From an uncultured Verrucomicrobiae bacterium (GTDB lineage Bacteria > Verrucomicrobiota > Verrucomicrobiia > Chthoniobacterales > Chthoniobacteraceae), in the NCBI GenBank assembly GCA_963828525.1, contig CAWHEP010000002.1, forward strand, positions 352,001 to 416,000: 64,000 nt of DNA. Reading direction: 5' to 3'. The translations under genes and the position numbers were made by a program. The notes beneath the pieces were generated by a model. It worked only from the letters and a program-made list of their open reading frames with translations, did not search any database and was not told where the DNA came from. Below are positions 1-9,528 of this stretch, in pieces. Every line of letters starts with the position of its first letter. The first letter of the stretch is position 1.

Positions 1-2
1 GG

Positions 3-155
3 GTGTTCATCCGGGGCGACAAGGACGCGCTTCACGGAGAAGTAGTCACTGTGCTCGACAAGATACGCGCTGGCGGGATTCAGAAAGTCGGCATTGAGAT
101 AAAGGCGGAGACCGTATCGGCCCCGACTCTGCCCAGCCCCGCGCCGAGCCCGTGA
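3..155 (+). CDS. exbD: ExbD/TolR biopolymer transport protein, C-terminal part (5' end outside window)
   Basis: Manual translation VFIRGDKDALHGEVVTVLDKIRAGGIQKVGI matches the ExbD periplasmic domain pattern; stop overlaps the start of tonB. Confidence 0.8.
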   Translation: MFIRGDKDALHGEVVTVLDKIRAGGIQKVGIEIKAETVSAPTLPSPAPSP

Positions 156-877
156 GGACGTGGCTCCGCGCGTCCGAAAGGGACGCGCGGCTCCTGCCGT
201 TCATTGCGCTCTCGCTTGGGCTGTTTGCTGCCGCCGGAGCGCTTATCGCGGCGACTGTGCATCCCGCGCCCACGCCGAAGTTCGTCGAGGTAGACCTGGC
301 TGAGATCCAGGGTGTAAAGGACGAACCGCCGCCTCTGGGTGAACCTAATGCCAGTCCCACCGCTTTGGCGGCGACCCCTGCTCCCACTCCCGCGCCGACA
401 CCGGAGCCAACGCCTGAGATGACTCCCACCCCGCCGCCGCCCGAAGCGACTCCGGAGTTCGTCCAGCCGGCGCCAAGCCCTTCGCCGCCCGCGACGCCGA
501 AACCCGCCTCAAAAAGGAATGCGCCGGTGAAGATGAGACGGACGGCGATGCTAGTTCCAAAGAGCGTTCCGGGGAGCGCGCAAAGCGCGCGGGGAAGTCC
601 CATGGGCAAGGCAGGAGGGCGTGGCGGGAGCAAAGGGGACTTCATCTCCACGCCGCACCCGGAGTATGATTACACTTCGCTGGAGCGCCACTACGAGGGC
701 AGCGGCACGGTTCTCATCATCTATTCCGACGGGAAGATTGTCTCTGTGCGGATGCGGGGAAGCACTGGCGTTTCATATCTCGACAGCCGCACGGTAAACT
801 GGGTGAAAAGTTATTGGCGGGTGAAATCCGGGGCGTCTGGAGAAGCGATCCTACCCATAACGTGGCGGATTCAGTGA
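152..877 (+). CDS. tonB: TonB energy transducer
   Basis: N-terminal TM helix, long Pro-rich linker (TPAPTPEPTP), C-terminal TonB-like domain (PHPEY...YEGSG...GSTGVSYLD); follows exbD. Confidence 0.8.
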   Translation: MRTWLRASERDARLLPFIALSLGLFAAAGALIAATVHPAPTPKFVEVDLAEIQGVKDEPPPLGEPNASPTALAATPAPTPAPTPEPTPEMTPTPPPPEATPEFVQPAPSPSPPATPKPASKRNAPVKMRRTAMLVPKSVPGSAQSARGSPMGKAGGRGGSKGDFISTPHPEYDYTSLERHYEGSGTVLIIYSDGKIVSVRMRGSTGVSYLDSRTVNWVKSYWRVKSGASGEAILPITWRIQ

Positions 878-933
878 AGGCCGAGCGGTAATGCGTTGAC
901 ACACGGCGCGATGAATCCTTTCATCCAAATGGC

Positions 934-1362
934 ATGAGTAAAGATGGCGTCGCGCGATTCAGCGTTTCGATGAACAAAGCGCTGCTCAAGCAGCTTGACA
1001 GCATGGTGAAGAAGAAGGGCTACGGGAACCGTTCGCTCGCGATTGCCGATATGGCGCGCGATCACCTGGTGGAACACCGGCAACAGTTCGCCGACACTGA
1101 GGTGGCAGGGACGATCACCCTGGTTTATGACCACCACAGCCCGAATGTCCAGGAATCGCTGACGGAGATACAGCACACGCAGTTGAACTCCATCGTCTCC
1201 ACCATGCATGTGCATCTCGATCATCACAACTGCCTGGAGGTGCTCGTGGTGCGGGGCAAGGCCTCTGGGGTGCGCTTGATTGCCGATCATCTCATAGGGG
1301 CGAAGGGGGTCAAACACGGCAAACTGAGCCTGACCTCGACGGGCAAAGACTTGCCGGCCTGA
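934..1362 (+). CDS. nikR: Nickel-responsive regulator NikR
   Basis: Ribbon-helix-helix N-terminus (RFSVSM...GYGNRS), YDHH and HVHLDHHNCLE nickel-site motifs. Confidence 0.95.
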   Translation: MSKDGVARFSVSMNKALLKQLDSMVKKKGYGNRSLAIADMARDHLVEHRQQFADTEVAGTITLVYDHHSPNVQESLTEIQHTQLNSIVSTMHVHLDHHNCLEVLVVRGKASGVRLIADHLIGAKGVKHGKLSLTSTGKDLPA

Positions 1363-1450
1363 CGGATTGGCGCGGAGGCGGAGCGCCTTGCCGGGTCGTT
1401 GTTCAGAAAGGACGGACTCGTAAAGAGCCAGGAAATTTGTTTGACGTTGG

Positions 1451-1477
1451 ATGTTACGAATTACTATTTCGTAATAC
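1451..1477. promoter_or_regulatory. Palindromic operator, candidate NikR site
   Basis: ATGTTA-N15-TAATAC containing perfect TTACGAA-N7-TTCGTAA; directly before the receptor ATG (1478); TTGACG at 1441. Confidence 0.65.
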
Positions 1478-3571
1478 ATGACACGCGAGATCTTGCGAAA
1501 AGCCACTGGCGCATACCTCCTCCTTTCATGCGGCGCGGCGCTTTTTCCGTTGCGGAGCGACGGGCAGGCTCCCGCGGCTCCGACGAGCGCCAGCGAGCAG
1601 TTGCCATCGGTGGTTGTCACCGGTCAGGCGCCAGAACCGCAAAAAACGGAGCTGTCGGACAATCCCGCGACCAACCCCGCGTCCGTAACGGTGGTCACTT
1701 ACCCGGAGGAGGAAAAGCGCAATGTCCGCACGTACGGTGATCTCTTCCGGCCGTTGACTGGAATAAGCGTGGACAACTTCGGACAGGGCGGAGTCGGCTA
1801 CGGGATCGCGCTGCGCGGGTTCGCTGACGGCGATCACGGACGCGACATTGCCTATTTTATCGACGGGGTGCCGATAAACTCACCTTCCTCGCTTCATATC
1901 AACGGTTACTCCGACTTGAACCCATTGATCCCGGAACTCGTGGATCGGGTCGAACTGACCCGGGGGCCGTTCGACGTTCGCTTCGGCAGCTTTGCGCTTG
2001 GCGGTGCTTTGAATATCACGACCCTGGACCAGCCGAAGTCGGGAATCGAAGCCACGGGAGGAAGCTTCGATACCGGGCGCGGTTTAGGAGTGTACACGTT
2101 CAACTCCGGCAACGTGAGCGTCTTCGGTTCGCTGCTCGGCTCGACAACGCCAGGCTATCGAGGCAACCAGGATCTCCACCAGATCAATACGTTCGACAAA
2201 ATTTCGCTCCCAATGCTGGACGGTATCGGCTCGGTGCGGTTCCAGATTTATTCCAATGACTACGGCGCTCCTGGCTACATCGACAGAGACCTCGTGCGTT
2301 CGGGCGCGTTAAACCCGCGGTCGGTGGTAAACTCCACAGATGGGGGAAGCACCTCCCAGCAGAACATCGTATTCAACTATCGGCAAAGCAATGATGAACC
2401 ATTCACGGCGAACGTCTATCTATTGAACGATGACTTCAAACGTTTCTCCACATTCGATCTCGTGCCAACCGACGCGGATCAGCCCGGCAAGCTTTGCAGT
2501 TTGACCGCCGGATAGTAGCAGGGGCGGGACTTGAAAAGTATTTTCGGTGTGACCTTCCTCATGATATGAAGGCGGATCTGCTCGTAGGGATCGGCGACAC
2601 GTCGGACTTCGTCGAGTCGAGGCAGTTCGATACGATAGAGCGAATGCCGGTGATTACGGCGCAGGCGGTCAATTTCTCCCAGCATAATGCGTTTGGATAT
2701 ATACAGCTCGATTTCAAACCAGTGCCCTGGTTGAAACTCACGGGGGGCGTCCGTTACGACCACTTCTTTTTCGACATAGATGATCGCGCTAACAGAAGGA
2801 ATATTTCGCCAAACACCGGCAACGCGAGTCCCAAAGCGGGCATAACTGTTTCGCCTTTCAAGGGGCTGGATATCTACGCCAATTTCGGCGAGGGCTTTCG
2901 CCCGCCGAGCGCGGTGAATGGAGAGTTAAGCCTCAGCCCCAATCTCAGCCCGTCAACGATGACGAGCGAAGAAATCGGGGCGCAGTTCAATTCTGCTGAT
3001 GGAGTGTGGCACGCCGCCGCGGACGTTTACCACACGAGATTCGAGAACGAAATCCAGGAAAATCCCGAGCCGATGCCACCGACCACGCTGGGGCCCTCCC
3101 GCCGCGAAGGCTTCGATGTAGAAGGAAGATGGCGAGCATTCAAGCATGGCGAACGCAGCCTCTCCTTTTTCGCCAACTACAGCATGGTGGACGCGAGATT
3201 GCTTGACCGTCCTGGCGGCATCTATATACCAAATGTTGCGGACTGGACGGTCACATACGGCTTTGACCTTGCTCTGCCTTTGCTCGATGAATCCTCACCG
3301 CACGTCTTCACGCTGTCGGCTTATGACCAATGGGTCGGGCCCAAGGCACTCACGACGGACCGCGTCGAGGTTACGAGCACCTACACTCGCGTGGCGGCAA
3401 ACTTAAACTACACAAACAAGCGATGGAACGGATTAAGCGCGTTCGTACAGGATCATTGCGTTACCGGGGAGCACTTTGGAAGAGGCGGCGTTTGACTTTG
3501 GAGGCGGTAAAGTAGGTGTCTCTCCGCAAGCGCCATTCTCGGTGCAGGGCGGGATATTCATACCATTTTGA
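1478..3571 (+). CDS. TonB-dependent receptor, probably nickel uptake (frameshifts near 2500 and 3450)
   Basis: TonB box (LPSVVVTG), plug motifs (IALRGF, FIDGVP, VDRVELTRGP), barrel strands (GGVRYDHF, IYANFGEGFRPP); third frame ends VQGGIFIPF-stop with terminal Phe. Confidence 0.9.
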
Positions 3572-3589
3572 AACAGCGCGCTCTTTTTT

Positions 3590-4348
3590 ATGAAAACCCA
3601 GCTAAGCCTTCTTTTCACGCTTGTCGCGTTCGCCTCCGCGGGTGCCCACGATCTAGTGCTGCTGTTGCGGTCCCCTGGCGAACTTGTGATCAAGTTCGGC
3701 CATCCCGGTGAATACGAACCGGCCGACTTGCACAAGTTGCTTGAACTTAACGCCTACCCGGTCGGGAGCGAAAAGCCGGTCTCGCTGCTGGCCGAGAAGC
3801 CGCAACACGACGACGCGAACTGGAAACTCACGGCTCTGGGAGGCAAGCCCGTTGGCATGGTGACGGGGCAATACGACAACGGCTACTGGGTCGGAATCTC
3901 GGAGGACACCTACTACAACACCAGCAAACTTTACCTTCCTGAAGGCAAACACTCTGGCGAGTTCTTCAAGTTCGGCAAAGGCCTTTCGCCCGCCGTGGGA
4001 AACGACTACAAGCGGCATGTGGGCCAAAGGCTGGAAATCGTGCCCCAGTCCGACCCCTTCTCGGCTAAACCGGGGGACAAACTAGCTGTGCAGATCTTAT
4101 GGAGGGGCAAACCGTTGCCGGGCGCCAAGGTGGAGATCGGAGACGGCAAAACAAAGATGAGGGAAGAGGACATTCCCCGCTACAAGTCGAACGCCGAGGA
4201 AATCGCCGAGTTGCCGATCTCGGAAGCCGGCTTGCATATCATCGCGATCGATTATGAAACGGAGTCACGCGCAAGGACCTTGCTGACCATGACGAATACA
4301 GCGCGTCGCTTTGCTTCGAATCCAAATAGAGGGGCGAGCGTTTGTTGA
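3590..4348 (+). CDS. DUF4198-family periplasmic protein (Ni/Co transport associated)
   Basis: Signal peptide then AHD, FGHP, GQRLEIVP..DP...PGD.L.VQ.L..GKPLPGAKV; C-terminus possibly frameshifted. Confidence 0.75.
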   Translation: MKTQLSLLFTLVAFASAGAHDLVLLLRSPGELVIKFGHPGEYEPADLHKLLELNAYPVGSEKPVSLLAEKPQHDDANWKLTALGGKPVGMVTGQYDNGYWVGISEDTYYNTSKLYLPEGKHSGEFFKFGKGLSPAVGNDYKRHVGQRLEIVPQSDPFSAKPGDKLAVQILWRGKPLPGAKVEIGDGKTKMREEDIPRYKSNAEEIAELPISEAGLHIIAIDYETESRARTLLTMTNTARRFASNPNRGASVC

Positions 4349-4850
4349 ATTCTCCCTGTGAGAGCGCCGGGCTTTTAGCCGAACGGCGCGGTTGATGCCG
4401 GATGACCAGCGTTTAAAACGTATCTTTCAGGACGACGCGGGAGATTTCCCTGGCTGAACTGGCGGACAGTCGAGTCAACAGCGTTGACCAACGCTCAAGC
4501 AGATGAGTTCAGCAACCTCAGAGTCGATTACCCAGAAATCGATGAAGCTCTCTTCCAAAAAGGTCCTGGCCCCCTAAAGTTCAGCGACCCGCAGCGCCAG
4601 CGCATGGAGAAGCCCTGGCAGACCGCGCAGTGAGGCGAATGGTGGCCGGGCTGAATGAAGCTCGCCGGAGCGGTAAGTTTCCGAAGGTCTATCGACAGGT
4701 CTCTCGGCGCCAGAAGGAGCGCAATCCTCGCTTCCTTCAAAAAAGCTCCGAGAGGAACAGCCTGATCACCTTGGTTGATTATGCCTGGCGGTGCCTTCCG
4801 CCTTGCTCGAAGGATTTGACAATCCCTGGCGGCCCAGCGAGCGTCGGGCG

Positions 4851-5228
4851 ATGTTCAATCGTCTGGGTCACGCGATGCTTATTCTGGCGCTGTTGGGCGC
4901 TACAGGAACGCATTGGGTGATGCTTCAGTCCATCGCGTGGGCGGCCATGCTGACGGAGAACGCGAGGGAAGCAACGATCTCCGAGGCGTTTGAAAAAACG
5001 TTCGACGGTAAACACCCTTGCTCGCTCTGCAAGGAGATCGCCAAGGGCCAGCAATCCGAGAAGAAGTCCGACCAGCGCAGCGAAATCAAACGGCTGGATT
5101 TCGTCTATCAGCCTTCAGTCCTGCTTATCGAGCCGTCCAGTCATCTCCGGCTGTTTGACGAACTCCGTGTCATCGCTGGCGTCCGCGAAGAAGCGCCGCC
5201 GACGCGTCCGCCGCGCAGCCTGGCTTAA
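4851..5228 (+). CDS. DUF2946-like small membrane protein with CxxC and Pro-rich tail
   Basis: N-terminal hydrophobic segment, KHPCSLC, C-terminal APPTRPPRSLA; start taken at MFNRLG. Confidence 0.65.
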   Translation: MFNRLGHAMLILALLGATGTHWVMLQSIAWAAMLTENAREATISEAFEKTFDGKHPCSLCKEIAKGQQSEKKSDQRSEIKRLDFVYQPSVLLIEPSSHLRLFDELRVIAGVREEAPPTRPPRSLA

Positions 5229-5351
5229 CGCCGGCTATTTCCGTTTTCTCGCGCCTCTCGCGCGAGCTGTTCCCGTTTCTCAGAAACCGCCGCTCGTAGC
5301 GGCTGTGTCTCTCAATTCTAAATTCATTCAACAAAACACAACAATTTCTCC

Positions 5352-6287
5352 ATGACTTACAAAAATAAAATGACAATCGCGGCTCAAACCGTTGCTTTGG
5401 CGCTCGCGCTCAACCTTTTCCTTATCGGCAATACCGGGTTGGCGTGCGCCTGCGGATGCAGTGTTTTTGACGTGGGCACGAGCTCAATGCTGCCTAACGA
5501 GACCGGCGGAATGGCCTTCCTGGAGTATGACTATCAGGATCAAACTCACAACTTCAGTGGAACATCAAGAGCGCCTTCCGCAAATAATTCGGATAAGGAG
5601 ATCAGGACTCACTTCATCACTGCTGGCCTCCAATATATCTTCAATCGGAGTTGGGGACTCCAGGTTCAGGCGCCATACGACAACCGGTTCTTCAAGTCCG
5701 GAAGCGGCAGTGACACGGCTTCGACAAACTGGAGCGAGTTCGGCGATATTCGCATCAATGGAATCTACACGGGGTTTTCTCCGGATCTGTCAGCCGGTGT
5801 AACCTTTGGCCTTAAGCTGCCCACTGGAGATTACAAACACGATGGGGCTGACCGAGACACCCAATTGGGGACGGGAAGCACGGACATTCTCCTGGGCGGC
5901 TTCTATCGCCACGCGTTAGCCAGGCGATTCGTTTGGTTTGCGCAAGCGGATCTGGATCAACCGGTCTTCACACAAGATGGATACCGCCCGGGAACGGAGC
6001 TTGATGCTGCGGTTGGCACGTACTATGAAGGATGGCGTGTTGGGCGAGTCAACATCAGGCCGGTCGCCCAAGTGATCGTCTCCGCCCGGACCCGAGATAC
6101 CGGTCGTAATTCGGCAGACCCCGTCGCATCCGGTTATCAGCGACTCCTTCTTTCGCCGGGAATTGAGTTCGATATGCACCCGGTGAGTATCTACGCGGAT
6201 GTCGAGATCCCCGTCTACCAGGACGTTACCGGGAACCAGTTGGTGGCGTCTGCCCTTTTTAAAGTGATTGTCAGCTACCACTTTTAG
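5352..6287 (+). CDS. Outer-membrane beta-barrel transporter-like protein with N-terminal CACGC
   Basis: Signal peptide ending GLA then CACGC; FGDI, GLKLPTG, QLGTGSTD motifs like MetA-pathway/transporter barrels; terminal VSYHF. Confidence 0.7.
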   Translation: MTYKNKMTIAAQTVALALALNLFLIGNTGLACACGCSVFDVGTSSMLPNETGGMAFLEYDYQDQTHNFSGTSRAPSANNSDKEIRTHFITAGLQYIFNRSWGLQVQAPYDNRFFKSGSGSDTASTNWSEFGDIRINGIYTGFSPDLSAGVTFGLKLPTGDYKHDGADRDTQLGTGSTDILLGGFYRHALARRFVWFAQADLDQPVFTQDGYRPGTELDAAVGTYYEGWRVGRVNIRPVAQVIVSARTRDTGRNSADPVASGYQRLLLSPGIEFDMHPVSIYADVEIPVYQDVTGNQLVASALFKVIVSYHF

Positions 6288-6432
6288 CTGGCTGCCACAT
6301 GTCGGGTTCTGATTGCGACGGCCCGTCCGCTTGACGCCACTTAGTGTTGCGGAAGTGATCTGCTCGGAGACGGGCCAACGGGCCAATGGTCGAGGCTCTG
6401 TTTTTAAGTGGGACCGTTGGCGCCGTGACGGT

Positions 6433-6741
6433 TTAATTTGGCAAGCGCGTCCGGACTTCACTGAATCGCATATATTCGATGTTCCCGCGCGATTCTAAAA
6501 ATCCCGTCTCTACAAGCCGCCTCAGGCGCTGGGCATAGAATGAGTACGAAATCTGCGGATGGCGATGGCTGAGCGCGTCCGCTGTTCTTCCCACTACGCG
6601 CGCGACTTTAAGCCACCGATCTGACGTTTCGGCCAAAATAGCCGCATCGATAATCTGCAGAGCCGCGTCGGTTAATCCAGCGACGACCGCCTGCTCCTCG
6701 GCTGTAAGGGGGCGGTTGAGTTGCGGAACTTCTTCGCTCAT
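6433..6741 (-). CDS. DUF3658-like protein
   Basis: IDAAILA...WLKVARVVG...RLRRLVE.G.LE..GN...MRFSEVR pattern; GGAGG RBS. Confidence 0.7.
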   Translation of the reverse strand: MSEEVPQLNRPLTAEEQAVVAGLTDAALQIIDAAILAETSDRWLKVARVVGRTADALSHRHPQISYSFYAQRLRRLVETGFLESRGNIEYMRFSEVRTRLPN

Positions 6742-6857
6742 CCACCTCCTTCCACGAAATGCCCGCCGGCCTCTGATTTTATGGTTTGAAGGGTGTTAGA
6801 GGTTCCGACCCGGGTGGAGGCGGTGCTGGAACAGACTATACCAAGCGAGCAAATCGA

Positions 6858-7256
6858 TCAATACGGAGACCAGAAGGCGGCGGGAGCCACATCGGATAGC
6901 GCGTTAAACGTAGCGACCGCGACTTGCGGCGGCGAATCCACGGTGTAAGTGCCGTAGCTATTCCCGAACATGTCGTTATCCCCGGCAGTGTAAAGTGGGG
7001 TTCCCGTCTTTATGTAGTTCTTCAAATCAGCAAAGCTGGGATTAAACCCGCTCGGCCTGTTTGTTTCGATGGCATATTGGTCGAGGGCATTATCAAGTAT
7101 CCTCAGATCTTCGAGGCATCGGGTGGCTTGAGAACGCTTCCTGGCGCGCAGGAAATTTGGGACGGCAATCGCCGCCAGCAGGGCGATGATTGCCACGACG
7201 ATCATTATTTCGACAAGGGTGAAACCACTACGGGTCTTGTTTAGAGTATGGAGCAT
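6858..7256 (-). CDS. Type IV pilin / prepilin-type protein
   Basis: Class III signal peptide SG|FTLVEIMIVVAIIALLAAIAVPNF. Confidence 0.9.
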   Translation of the reverse strand: MLHTLNKTRSGFTLVEIMIVVAIIALLAAIAVPNFLRARKRSQATRCLEDLRILDNALDQYAIETNRPSGFNPSFADLKNYIKTGTPLYTAGDNDMFGNSYGTYTVDSPPQVAVATFNALSDVAPAAFWSPY

Positions 7257-7322
7257 ATTTCGTATTAGTTTTTCTTTGCGGGGCGGGAGGGTTTATAAGC
7301 TTCCGTAACACATCCCGTGAAT

Positions 7323-7338
7323 AGCATCACCTGTGCCG
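7323..7338 (-). promoter_or_regulatory. Sigma54 (-24/-12) promoter of the pilin gene
   Basis: Minus strand CGGCACAGGTGATGCT = GG-N10-GC, close to TGGCAC-N5-TTGC; ~65 bp upstream of the ATG. Confidence 0.6.
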
Positions 7339-7613
7339 TGTAGTGAACTGCACTACCTGGCAGGGCTGTATTTTCTGGGTCTCGGATCAGAAACGAGAAA
7401 AGTTTCTCAGAAATGCATTTCCCCTGTTCTTATAAATGAGAACGGAAGGATTTGGCTCTAAGAGACTGTTGAAGAACTGGGGCATGTCGCGTTGCTGCCG
7501 ATTTTTGAGTTGGGCAAGGCGCGAGGAGCGAGCATATCCGCAGTGATCTGTGAGTGACGAGCAACGCTGCACAACGGTAGTGTCCTAATTTGAAATCCGA
7601 GGCTCGGTACGGA

Positions 7614-8126
7614 TTATTTTGGCCCGTCTGGTTTTATGTCTGCCGTCAGAGCTTGGACCGTTTTCATGTGGTCGTCCAAATTATCGGAATGAACCCTTAA
7701 TTTCGACCATGCCAACCACATTAAAATCAGGGCGATTAAATCCACTGCCACACCGGACCCGAGAATGCATTTCCACCCATACCAGTCCTGCGGTTGGGTA
7801 AGACAAGACCAGTTGAGCAACGCCCAAACTGCCATGTAGATGGCAAAAACCAGAAACATCGCCGTTGGGAAAAGTTGAGCACGGACCCACAGGACTCTGA
7901 ATCGCATGATTCGATCGGCGTGCTTTTTTGCCGTCTCCATAGTGTTGGCTACCCCCCCGGCGTGGTATCCGTTTTTTGAGCGTTGATCCAAGTCCTTAAG
8001 ATGCAATTCCCGGCGGTTGCACCTGTCCTTTATGTCGCCCTCTGTGTAATTTCTGAGCGCCGAAAGCGACGCGAAAATGCCGCCAAAAAGCGACAACATC
8101 AGTCCAACCAAGGTAAACGCCATCAT
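7614..8126 (-). CDS. Hypothetical membrane protein, ~3 TM helices (IS cargo)
   Basis: 170-aa ORF with one N-terminal and two C-terminal hydrophobic segments; ends 16 bp from the TIR. Confidence 0.65.
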   Translation of the reverse strand: MMAFTLVGLMLSLFGGIFASLSALRNYTEGDIKDRCNRRELHLKDLDQRSKNGYHAGGVANTMETAKKHADRIMRFRVLWVRAQLFPTAMFLVFAIYMAVWALLNWSCLTQPQDWYGWKCILGSGVAVDLIALILMWLAWSKLRVHSDNLDDHMKTVQALTADIKPDGPK

Positions 8127-8150
8127 AGGGGTAAACCCCTATTTATGCCG

Positions 8151-8780
8151 CTATTTCTTGGGGCGCAAGATATTCCAGATCAAATCAAAGCTCTCTTCTT
8201 GCATCTTCGCCCGGAGAGGAGAATCAACATATACCTGCGCCTTCACCGCGTTGGCTGGAGTTTCGGGAGTCAGCGGAGGGTGAACCTCCTCGATTCTGAA
8301 CATTTGAGAATCACTGACGATGTAGTGCCTCTGATCGGCGTCTGAAACGCCTGTAGCAATATCCAAAGCGTCTGGAAATTGAGCTTTGAAATTCATGAGC
8401 TTCGTGCACTCTGCTTTTCCTTGGTCAGAACGTCTGATCAAAATGACTTTGGCTTTACCGCCAACCTCGGAGAGGCGCTTCAGCATTTTTTCGAAGTTGG
8501 AAGCCAGCGTTCCAATGAATCCATCTCCGCTACGTCCGCTCAGCATCCGAAAACTTTTCTCGGTGTGCTCAAGCATGATATCGGTCAAAAACAGGGCGTC
8601 GGCATAGGAATCATTCGGGATGGATTTCTGGTATCCGCTCTTTACGAGGGACTTAATTACGTCCCTGAATCCCTTATGAATAGAGCCTTCTCCGTTTAGC
8701 AAATACAAATCTTGGGCGGCCTTAATCGTGGGCACCTCAAGCTGGCACTGAGTATTTGGGTCTGTTTCGTTGTCGGGCAT
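8151..8780 (-). CDS. Hypothetical soluble protein, possibly a degenerate single PLD-like fold (IS cargo)
   Basis: 209-aa ORF; FRMLSG, KVILI, HYIVSD..FRIE, C-terminal FDLIW resemble the PLD-fold layout without an HxK motif. Confidence 0.55.
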   Translation of the reverse strand: MPDNETDPNTQCQLEVPTIKAAQDLYLLNGEGSIHKGFRDVIKSLVKSGYQKSIPNDSYADALFLTDIMLEHTEKSFRMLSGRSGDGFIGTLASNFEKMLKRLSEVGGKAKVILIRRSDQGKAECTKLMNFKAQFPDALDIATGVSDADQRHYIVSDSQMFRIEEVHPPLTPETPANAVKAQVYVDSPLRAKMQEESFDLIWNILRPKK

Positions 8781-8824
8781 GGTGGGTCAATGCTATGGTA
8801 TTTACAATAAAAGCAAAATTTAGA

Positions 8825-8947
8825 CTAGGCGAGCACGAATATTCGGCGTTCACCTCGAAAATCGTCGGCGGCGATGAGATCGCGCTGCTCCAAGAATCGA
8901 ACAACGTCTTTTTTGGAAGGAAAACGGTGTATGTGAAGCCGATTCAT
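8825..8947 (-). CDS. Candidate 40-aa small protein (IS cargo)
   Basis: MNRLHIHRFPSKKDVVRFLEQRDLIAADDFRGERRIFVLA, preceded by AGGGGGTGA; co-oriented with cargo genes. Confidence 0.3.
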   Translation of the reverse strand: MNRLHIHRFPSKKDVVRFLEQRDLIAADDFRGERRIFVLA

Positions 8948-9056
8948 AAATTCACCCCCTAACGAGGTGCGAATCCTGCACGGCAATCGACCCCACGCAA
9001 GCACAAAAGAAAGTTTTTTTATTGACTCGCTCTTGGGGGGAACTCACGAGCCGAGG

Positions 9057-9346
9057 TTACGCCCGCTTGGAATGGGCCGCAATAGCAATCTTTACCGCTG
9101 TCTCCGCTGAATCCACGGGAGGAATTTCCAGAACCGTCACGTATTGAGTCTCGCCCGCTTCCTCGTAGCTCCATGCGTAGCAGCGTTTCGCCTTTGGATG
9201 CCCCTGGATGTCGAAAGCCTCGACAACACCATCCCACACCACTTCCCCGTTGAAAAGCTCGAGACGGGCTCTGAGGCCGCGTGGCGAGCCGTGCAATGGT
9301 GCATCGTCTCAACCGCCAGCCGAAGATTTTCGATTCGCGGGCTCAC
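9057..9346 (-). CDS. Conserved hypothetical protein adjacent to IS1-type transposase (one frameshift near 9265)
   Basis: Joined frames give MSPRIENLRLAVETMHHCTARH...ELFNGEVVWDGVVEAFDIQGHPKAKRCYAWS...VLEIPPVDSAETAVKIAI; overlaps the transposase stop. Confidence 0.65.
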
Positions 9347-9528
9347 CCATCAATTATCTCCACAAGATCGGCCACGGTCGAAGCGGAATCGGTAACGCCA
9401 GCTTCCATTGCCGGGGTGCACCGAATGGCGCCGTTCACCTTTACGAGATTGTAGTAGCCGTAATGGAGGGCGACAGCCGCCTTGAAATTCTGTAATTTCT
9501 TGGAGAAGGCATTCGTCAGGCGAGTCAA
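9343..9528 (-). pseudogene. IS1-family transposase, C-terminal ~60 aa only
   Basis: RLTNAFSKK..N..AAVALH...YN......TPAMEAGVTD; only ~24 bp separates it from the TIR, so the rest is deleted. Confidence 0.85.

Noticed and set aside
360..510. Short tandem-like repeats
   Set aside because: They encode the Pro-rich TonB linker
4395..4790. Possible fragmented gene between DUF4198 and the CxxC ORF
   Set aside because: Short open stretches in several frames with no recognisable motif
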